In this document: piece after piece, positions 57,900 through 64,000 of the stretch
Numbering within the stretch: position 1 is the first letter of the stretch
How the letters are laid out: each line of letters starts with the position of its first letter
NCBI GenBank assembly: GCA_963977015.1
Contig: CAXBMO010000001.1
Location: 544,001-608,000 of the forward strand
DNA: 64,000 nt
Direction of reading: 5' to 3'
DNA from: an uncultured bacterium
Lineage (GTDB): Bacteria; Verrucomicrobiota; Verrucomicrobiia; Verrucomicrobiales; DEV007
The notes under the pieces: model-generated
Told to the model about the DNA's origin: nothing
Database searches by the model: none
The model's input: only the letters and a program-made list of their open reading frames with translations
Made by a program: the position numbers and the translations under genes

Positions 57900-58025
57900 A
57901 AAGGAAAGGCCAAACGTCCCGGCGCGGATTCTCGAAAAGCTTCCCCGCAGTATCGACTCGCGGCATGGCCAATGCCGTCGAACGGCAGCGCGAACAGCGG
58001 GGCGTCTGACGAGGAAAGGCGCCGA

Positions 58026-59438
58026 TCAACTGAGAGTCGCGCCCGGCTCAATCTTGGCCTCGTCTTTGCGAGCCAAAAACGCGGCTTCTGAATCGGCGAA
58101 CAGCGGACTGATCTCGAAATCGAAGGCCGGCAATCCCGTTTCGTCGACTTCGAGTTTAATCCCAGCAGCTGTGACCCAGCGGGCAAACTGCCGGAGCTGA
58201 TCCTGGCGCGATGTTTCCGGCGAATCATTGCCTTCCCCGTTTTTGACGGGACTGAAATCGTCTTCGCGAGCGGTCTGGATCACGACCGGATTCTTCGCGA
58301 ACGGAAGCGCATCAAAGACAAAGGTTTCGAACTTCACGCCGTTGGGCGTCTCGGGTTTCACCGGCTGACCGGCTTCATCGATGGTCGGAACCTTCTTGTC
58401 GGCGCGGTGAAAGGGGAGGCGGACCGAGGCGTCTTTGCCCTCGCCAATCTTCTCGATCAAATCCCGGCTGAAAATGTGGATCGCGATACTGCCGGCCTGG
58501 TAGAGCAGCGTTCCCTTGTCGTCGGTGGCTTCTGACATGGAATCCGGCATGTCGCTGTATTCCAACACTTCGATATTCTCGCCCCGTTTTACGAAAACGC
58601 CGACTTTCTCACCGGCATAGGCCTTGAGACAGGCTTTGCTCGAAAGCTCGGATTCTCCCAGGAGATGAAATCCAATGAAAGCGGGATCCACACAACGAAC
58701 GAGCGGATTGTCGACCTGGAAATAGCTCACGAGGTCGATGCCGCGATCCTTCATCGCTTGAACACAGCCGTTGCGAACCAAGGCGCGAAGCGATCCGCCA
58801 TGTCCGTCCGGGCTCAAGGCGATGGAATCGGGGGCTTCGAGGATGATTTTTCCTTCCAGATCAACCGCCGGCATCAAGCCCTGGGAAAAGAAGGTCACGT
58901 CCTTGGGATCCAGCCCGAAAAAGTCGTGTTTCTCGAAAAATGCCACGGTCGCCTCATGGTTGATCACCGACGTCATGATGAACCAGGGAATCGGCTTCCC
59001 GTAGTGGCGGGACGAAGCCAGAATCTTCTCGGCGAACACTTGGAAAAGCGTTTTCTTGGTCACCGGCGTCACCGGAAACGTTCCTTTCGGGCCATCGAAA
59101 CCCAACCGCGTGCCTTGGCCGCCGGCGACGGTAAATGCCGCGACCCTTCCCGCGTTGAGCGCTTCTTCACCTTTCGCAAAAGCCGCGCCCCACTTGGCTT
59201 GTTCTTCGGCACTTTTCGGCAGCGGGACGAAAGGGGCCGGTTCGACATCATCCAGATTGAGCGAGCCGCTTTTTTCCGTCAGCACCAGAGTTTGAACCAA
59301 CTCATCCACTTCCGCCAAATCAATATCGGCGGCTTGCTGGAGAAGTTGTGCCTGGCTATCCGGCGAAAGATCATTAAAAAAGCGGAAAACGTGACCTTGG
59401 CCGGCTTTCTCGAATTGGGTGCGTAGTTCGTCTGACAT
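58026..59438 (-). CDS. UDPGP-family sugar-1-phosphate uridylyltransferase (UAP1-like UDP-GlcNAc pyrophosphorylase)
   Basis: AGGQGTRLGFDGPKG, SPDGHGG, QVDNPL, EKVG, EYSD, KFETFVFD, FSPVKN. Confidence 0.92.
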   Translation of the reverse strand: MSDELRTQFEKAGQGHVFRFFNDLSPDSQAQLLQQAADIDLAEVDELVQTLVLTEKSGSLNLDDVEPAPFVPLPKSAEEQAKWGAAFAKGEEALNAGRVAAFTVAGGQGTRLGFDGPKGTFPVTPVTKKTLFQVFAEKILASSRHYGKPIPWFIMTSVINHEATVAFFEKHDFFGLDPKDVTFFSQGLMPAVDLEGKIILEAPDSIALSPDGHGGSLRALVRNGCVQAMKDRGIDLVSYFQVDNPLVRCVDPAFIGFHLLGESELSSKACLKAYAGEKVGVFVKRGENIEVLEYSDMPDSMSEATDDKGTLLYQAGSIAIHIFSRDLIEKIGEGKDASVRLPFHRADKKVPTIDEAGQPVKPETPNGVKFETFVFDALPFAKNPVVIQTAREDDFSPVKNGEGNDSPETSRQDQLRQFARWVTAAGIKLEVDETGLPAFDFEISPLFADSEAAFLARKDEAKIEPGATLS

Positions 59439-59466
59439 GGCAGTACAGGGTGTTCTGAAAAGTGTT

Positions 59467-60264
59467 CTATTTCCCGAGTTCGCGAGAACGTCGTGTTGCT
59501 TCGCGCACGGCCTCGATGAGTGCCGAACGAATGCCATTTTTTTCCAATTCGGCAAGTCCCGCGATGGTTGTTCCGCCCGGGCTGGTGACATTGTCACGAA
59601 GCACTGCCGGATGTTCTCCGGACTGAAGGGCGAGTTCCGCGGCTCCAGCCAGGGTTTGAGCGGCGAGTTGGAGCGCCAAAGGTTTGGGCAATCCCTCAAG
59701 CACGCCGCCGTCGGCCAGCGCCTCAATGATCGTGAAAACGTAAGCCGGGCCGCTCCCGCTGAGTCCGGTCACGGCGTCCAGTTGCGATTCCTTGACCGAA
59801 ACGGCAATTCCGACACTCTCAAGCAGCGTCTGGACGGTCGTGGCATCACTCTCCGTCGCATTCGATCCCAGGGCAAAGCCCGATGCTCCTTTGCCGATGA
59901 GCGCGGGAGTATTGGGCATGACCCGAACGACCCGTTGTGGCTTGGCCGCCCAGGTTTCGAGATCGCGCAGACCAATCCCGGCCGCGATCGATACCACCAA
60001 TCGACCGGTTTTGACGTTGGCTGCGCCCTTGAGCGAAGCCTGAACGTCCTGCGGCTTGACGCAAATGACCACGGTCTCCGCCAGTTCAAAAACTTCGGCA
60101 CAGGAGCTGACCGCGGTGACGCCAAGCTTCTTCGAAATCGCAGTTGCCGCCGGTTCAAAGGCATCGTGAACGACCACCTCTCCCGATGTGCACACCTTGG
60201 CGTTCAGCACGCCCTCAAGCAGTGCTGAACCCATTTTTCCGACGCCAATGAATCCAAGTTTCAT
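59467..60264 (-). CDS. proC: Pyrroline-5-carboxylate reductase
   Basis: GFIGVGKMG, VKPQ, RVMPNTP, SGSGPAY, VTSPGGTT. Confidence 0.97.
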   Translation of the reverse strand: MKLGFIGVGKMGSALLEGVLNAKVCTSGEVVVHDAFEPAATAISKKLGVTAVSSCAEVFELAETVVICVKPQDVQASLKGAANVKTGRLVVSIAAGIGLRDLETWAAKPQRVVRVMPNTPALIGKGASGFALGSNATESDATTVQTLLESVGIAVSVKESQLDAVTGLSGSGPAYVFTIIEALADGGVLEGLPKPLALQLAAQTLAGAAELALQSGEHPAVLRDNVTSPGGTTIAGLAELEKNGIRSALIEAVREATRRSRELGK

Positions 60265-60326
60265 TCTCAGTTCCCTCATCCCGCACACGGCGCTGCGCAA
60301 CCGGAAAAAGGCGGCGGAATTGGTAA

Positions 60327-61331
60327 CTACTCCAAAGCTTTCCGGAGTTGAACCGACTTTCGTTCGATGATGTTGGCCCCCAAAACGAGTGACGGTCTGG
60401 AAGTTGGCTCAACCAGGGAATTGACCGCTTCAACCGCCATTTGTTGGGTGGGTTGGGAAACCGTGGTCAGGGGCGGATTTGCAAACGATGACCAGGGTTG
60501 TTCGTCGAAGGCAATGATCGAGACATCTTCGGGGATGCGGACGCGTAATTCCTGCGCGGCTTCCAGGATTCCCAGGATTCCCTGCCCGCTCAACGCGATG
60601 ACCGCGTCGGGCCGGGGATCTGAATCCAGGATCGCCCCTGCTCCTGTCAAACTTGCCGCCTGCGTGTAACCGCTGCCGGAAATCCAGTCGGAATTCATCT
60701 CGAATCCGGCATCGGCCAGGGCCTCGGTGACGCCGCGAAATCGTTGGCGGTCCGTGAAGGATTCGTGGTCGCCGCGCAGGCAACCGATCCGTTGGTGGCC
60801 GGTTTTGATGAGATGCTCGGCCGCAAGTCGACCGGCGGCGACATTGTCGAGGCTGATCGTCGGGACGTTGAGGTGCGGCACAATGCGGTCGAGCATGATG
60901 ATGGGCATGGGAGAGGACTCGATGGCCCGGGTGAACTCGGCGGAGGTGCGGCCGACCGGGGCGATGATGAGGCCATTGAGGCGGCGGCCGAGCATTTGCT
61001 GGAGAAGCTTGGCTTCGACGGCTGCGTCCTCATTGGAGTCGCAGAGTTGGACGGTCATGCCGTGTTGGCGCAGTTCGAGTTCGATGCAGCGGGCGAGTTG
61101 GGCGAAGAAGGAGTTGGTGATGTCGGGCACGAGCAACCCGATCATGCCGAGTTTGCCGCTGCGGAGACTGGTGCCGAGTGGGTCGGGACTGACGTGAAAT
61201 TTTTCGGCGGCTTGACGGACGCGTTGGACCGTTGCGGCGCTGACGCGGTACTTCTCGCCCTGGCCACTGAGGGCGCGGGAAACGGTGGTGGGGGAGAGGT
61301 TAAGGTGTTGAGCCAGTTCGCTGACGTTCAT
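60327..61331 (-). CDS. LacI family transcriptional regulator
   Basis: HTH ELAQHLNLSPTTVSRAL; periplasmic-binding-like core; PPLTTV.QP. Confidence 0.95.
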   Translation of the reverse strand: MNVSELAQHLNLSPTTVSRALSGQGEKYRVSAATVQRVRQAAEKFHVSPDPLGTSLRSGKLGMIGLLVPDITNSFFAQLARCIELELRQHGMTVQLCDSNEDAAVEAKLLQQMLGRRLNGLIIAPVGRTSAEFTRAIESSPMPIIMLDRIVPHLNVPTISLDNVAAGRLAAEHLIKTGHQRIGCLRGDHESFTDRQRFRGVTEALADAGFEMNSDWISGSGYTQAASLTGAGAILDSDPRPDAVIALSGQGILGILEAAQELRVRIPEDVSIIAFDEQPWSSFANPPLTTVSQPTQQMAVEAVNSLVEPTSRPSLVLGANIIERKSVQLRKALE

Positions 61332-61353
61332 GGGGGGCGTTGGGGAAAAATGG

Positions 61354-61377
61354 GCTTGTGCAAACGTTTGTGCAAGC
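61354..61377. promoter_or_regulatory. LacI-type operator between the divergent lacI and ABC operon
   Basis: GCTTGTG-CAAACGTTTG-TGCAAGC; the central AAACGTTT palindrome is typical of LacI/RbsR sites. Confidence 0.75.
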
Positions 61378-61398
61378 TATCATCGGCGAAGAATCATC

Positions 61399-62331
61399 AT
61401 GAACCCCTCCTTTCTCCGATCGCTTTCTGCCGTTTTTATCGGTCTTACTCTCATGTCCTGTGGAGATGATCCCGGGCCGGAAAAGCCCACCGTCGCCCTG
61501 GTGATGAAGTCCCTGGCAAATGAGTTTTTCAAGACGATGGCGGATGGGGCGGAAGCTTACCAGGCCGATCATGCGGAGGAGTTTGAGCTGATTGTGAATG
61601 GCATTCGAAATGAGACGGATTTGACGGCACAGGTGAATCTGGTGGAGCAAATGGTGTCGCGCGGAGTGGATGCAATTGTGATCGCTCCGGCCGATTCGAA
61701 AGCCTTGGCTCCGGCGTTGAAACGGGCAATGGATACGGGGGTGACGGTGGTGAATATTGACAATCAGTTGGATGCGGAGGTGTTGGCAGGGGCGAAACTC
61801 ACCATTCCATTCGTGGGACCGGACAATCGGGAAGGCGCGAAAATGGTGGGCGACGTGGTTGCCGGGAAGCTGCAGCCGGGCGATGCCGTGGCGATTATTG
61901 AAGGAGTGCCCACGGCGTTTAATGCCGTGCAGCGCCGGTTGGGATTTGAGGATGCGATGAAAGCGGGCGGAATGAAGATTGTCAGTTCGCAATCCGGGAG
62001 TTGGGAAATGGCGAAGGCGAATGCCGTGGCGTCGGCGATCTTGAGCGAGCACCCGGAGGTGAAGGCGCTGCTGTGCGCGAATGATTCGATGGCGCTCGGC
62101 GCGGTAACTGCGGTGAAGGCAGCGGGCGTGAGCGGAAAGGTGTTGGTGGCGGGGTTTGATAACATTTCTGCGATCACACCGTTGGTGGAGTCCGGCGAAG
62201 TGGTGGCAACGGCGGATCAACATGCGGATGACCTGGCCGTGTTTGGGATTCAAGCCGCGCTGGATATTTTGGCGGGAGGAACGGCGGAAAATCAGAAGAC
62301 GAAGGTGGACCTGGTCGTGAAGCCACAATGA
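61399..62331 (+). CDS. Sugar ABC transporter substrate-binding lipoprotein (RbsB-like)
   Basis: Lipobox LMSC; KSLANEFF, VGPDN, ANDSMALG, GFD. Confidence 0.93.
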   Translation: MNPSFLRSLSAVFIGLTLMSCGDDPGPEKPTVALVMKSLANEFFKTMADGAEAYQADHAEEFELIVNGIRNETDLTAQVNLVEQMVSRGVDAIVIAPADSKALAPALKRAMDTGVTVVNIDNQLDAEVLAGAKLTIPFVGPDNREGAKMVGDVVAGKLQPGDAVAIIEGVPTAFNAVQRRLGFEDAMKAGGMKIVSSQSGSWEMAKANAVASAILSEHPEVKALLCANDSMALGAVTAVKAAGVSGKVLVAGFDNISAITPLVESGEVVATADQHADDLAVFGIQAALDILAGGTAENQKTKVDLVVKPQ

Positions 62332-63758
62332 GCCGGGCGATCACCATTCGCGGCCTACAGAAGTCGTATGTCCCGGGGGTGCCGGTGCTGCGTGACTTCG
62401 ATTTTGAACTGGCGACAGGTGAGGTTCATGCGTTGGTCGGCAGCAATGGTGCGGGAAAGTCGACTTTGGCGAAAATCTTGTCGGGGCTGACTCCGGCGAA
62501 CTCGGGCGAGATCGATTGGCATGACGGTGATGCGTCGGGTGTGGTGATGGTCCTGCAGGAGCTGAACGTGATTCCGACTTTGAGTGTGGCGGAGAATTTG
62601 TTCCTGAAGGCGTTGCCCAACAAGTATGGGATGATTGCGGAGGCTGAGCTTCGTGAGAAGGCGGTGCGGGCGTTGGCGCGGGTGGGGTTGGGAAATTTGG
62701 ATCCGGATTTGCCGGCCGGGAGGCTTGGCGTCGGACAACAGCAATTGATGGAGATCGCTTCGGCGCTGGAACAGGAATCGTCGGTATTGATTCTGGATGA
62801 GCCGACGGCGGCGTTGACGGGGCCGGAGATTGAACTGCTTTTTGACAATGTCAGGGCACTTCGCGAGCAGGGCGTGGCGATTTTATTTATCAGTCATCGG
62901 ATGGATGAGATCGCGCAGATTTGTGATCGGGTAACAGTGATGCGTGATGGCGTTCGGGTGGCGACGCATCAGGTGGACGAGGTCGAGACTGCGCAGTTGG
63001 TCAGGGAGATGGCAGGGAATGAAATTGCGACCCGAAAGAGGGCCAAGGTGATGAAGGGGAGGGGTGAGGTTGGGATCTCGGTGACGAATTTGAGGGCGGG
63101 TCACGCGGTGAAAGGTGTGACCTTTGCCGCGCATCGCGGAGAGATTTTGGGGATCGCGGGATTGATTGGCGCGGGCCGGACGGAGACCTTGCGGGCGATT
63201 TTCGGAGCCGATCCTCGAACCGGGGGCGAGGTTGTCGTGACCGGGAAACGGTTGGCCTTGGTGCCGGAGGATCGGAAGATGGACGGACTGTTGCTCCCGC
63301 TCTCGGTGACTGCGAATACGATCCTGGCTTCGGCGAATCGAATTCTTGTCGATGACGAAGCGGATCTGGAAGACGCTGAGCGGGTCTGCAAACAGTTGGA
63401 CGTCAAGTGCGATACAATGGAGCAGGCGGTTGGCGATTTGAGTGGGGGCAACCAACAGAAAATCGTGATCGCGCGATGGCTGCTGTGTGATTGTGAGGTG
63501 TTTTTGTTTGATGAACCCACCCGCGGGATCGACGTGGCGGCGAAAGAGGCGATTTACACGCTGCTCGATGAATTGGCCGAAGCGGGGAAGACGCTGGTGG
63601 TCGTTTCGAGTGACCTGACCGAGTTGATGTCGATCAGTCATCGCATCGTGGTGATGTCGAACGGACGAATCACCGGAGAATTTAAACCGGATTCGTGGTC
63701 GCGCGAAGCCATCACGGCCGCTGCATTTGCGGGTTATCAAACAAGGGAGGCGGCATGA
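62328..63758 (+). CDS. Sugar ABC transporter ATP-binding protein (RbsA-like, two NBDs)
   Basis: GSNGAGKST, LDEPT, LSGGNQQK, DEPTRGID. Confidence 0.95.
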   Translation: MSRAITIRGLQKSYVPGVPVLRDFDFELATGEVHALVGSNGAGKSTLAKILSGLTPANSGEIDWHDGDASGVVMVLQELNVIPTLSVAENLFLKALPNKYGMIAEAELREKAVRALARVGLGNLDPDLPAGRLGVGQQQLMEIASALEQESSVLILDEPTAALTGPEIELLFDNVRALREQGVAILFISHRMDEIAQICDRVTVMRDGVRVATHQVDEVETAQLVREMAGNEIATRKRAKVMKGRGEVGISVTNLRAGHAVKGVTFAAHRGEILGIAGLIGAGRTETLRAIFGADPRTGGEVVVTGKRLALVPEDRKMDGLLLPLSVTANTILASANRILVDDEADLEDAERVCKQLDVKCDTMEQAVGDLSGGNQQKIVIARWLLCDCEVFLFDEPTRGIDVAAKEAIYTLLDELAEAGKTLVVVSSDLTELMSISHRIVVMSNGRITGEFKPDSWSREAITAAAFAGYQTREAA

Positions 63759-64000
63759 ATCAAAAACGATTGTTGGCGGAATACGGACCGATGCTCGTGA
63801 TCTGGCTGATTCTGATTCTGTTGTTCGGCAGTCTGAGCGACAACTTTCTGAGCGCGCGGACGTTGTCGACGATTGCGGGGCAGGTGCCGCCGCTGGTATT
63901 GGTCTGTTGTGGGATGACGTTGATCCTGATTGTGGCCGGGATCGATCTTTCCGTGGGATCGGTGTTGGCGTTTTCAGCGACGTTGTTTTGTATCCTCATT
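63755..64000 (+). CDS. Sugar ABC transporter permease (RbsC-like), truncated by the window end
   Basis: ATGA overlap, GGAGG RBS, GMTLILIVAGIDLSVGS motif. Confidence 0.9.
   Translation, partial: MNQKRLLAEYGPMLVIWLILILLFGSLSDNFLSARTLSTIAGQVPPLVLVCCGMTLILIVAGIDLSVGSVLAFSATLFCILI

Larger units (their letters stand above)
57347..58000. mobile_element. Decayed insertion bracketed by a 37-bp direct repeat of the rpe 3' end
   Basis: 57347-57383 and 57964-58000 match at 35/37 positions. Confidence 0.75.

Noticed and set aside
57347-58000. The 37-bp repeat pair as a DGR template/variable repeat targeting rpe
   Set aside because: Too short, one of the two mismatches (G/C) is not at an adenine, there are no AAC-rich codons, and rpe is not a ligand-binding fold. 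An integration duplication fits better.
53161-59438. Isolated menD and the eukaryote-like UAP pyrophosphorylase as novelties
   Set aside because: Dispersed men genes and UDPGP-family enzymes are, to my knowledge, ordinary in PVC bacteria.
1-64000. CRISPR array, tRNA, rRNA, intact transposase or integrase
   Set aside because: No regularly spaced repeats, cloverleaf or rRNA-like segments, or recombinase motifs were recognised.

Overview
64 kb of a GC-rich bacterial chromosome, very probably Verrucomicrobia (Verru_Chthon cassette protein A, verrucomicrobial-type long FtsZ, PVC-type DUF1592 cytochrome protein). In order: (1) 50-4992, a secreted FGE/SUMF1-LRR protein and a DUF1592-type protein. 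(2) About 5.0-27.1 kb, a large branched-chain amino acid/propionate catabolic cluster: 2-oxoacid dehydrogenase E1a/E1b/E2, hydratase, split AtuA pair, carboxyltransferase, acyl-CoA dehydrogenase, HSD10-type SDR, HIBCH, Leu dehydrogenase, prpDBC and a naturally split IcmF-like B12 mutase, with REP/MITE-like hairpin clusters in the spacers. (3) pgm, an M28 peptidase, an uncharacterised wHTH-like + P-loop ATPase pair and a Ycf46 AAA ATPase. (4) ftsQAZ detached from the mur genes, lying behind pilD, an HdrA-N-like protein and a ferredoxin. (5) An orphan Verru_Chthon A, then def, exbBD-tonB, gpsA, menD, ogg and rpe. (6) A ~600-bp relic with HRDC and DGR-type reverse-transcriptase fragments bracketed by a duplicated rpe 3' end. 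(7) A UAP-type pyrophosphorylase, proC and a LacI-regulated sugar ABC transporter. No rRNA, tRNA or CRISPR array was seen. All calls come from reading motifs by eye; no database search was run. Several start codons were moved downstream of the ORF-track starts.
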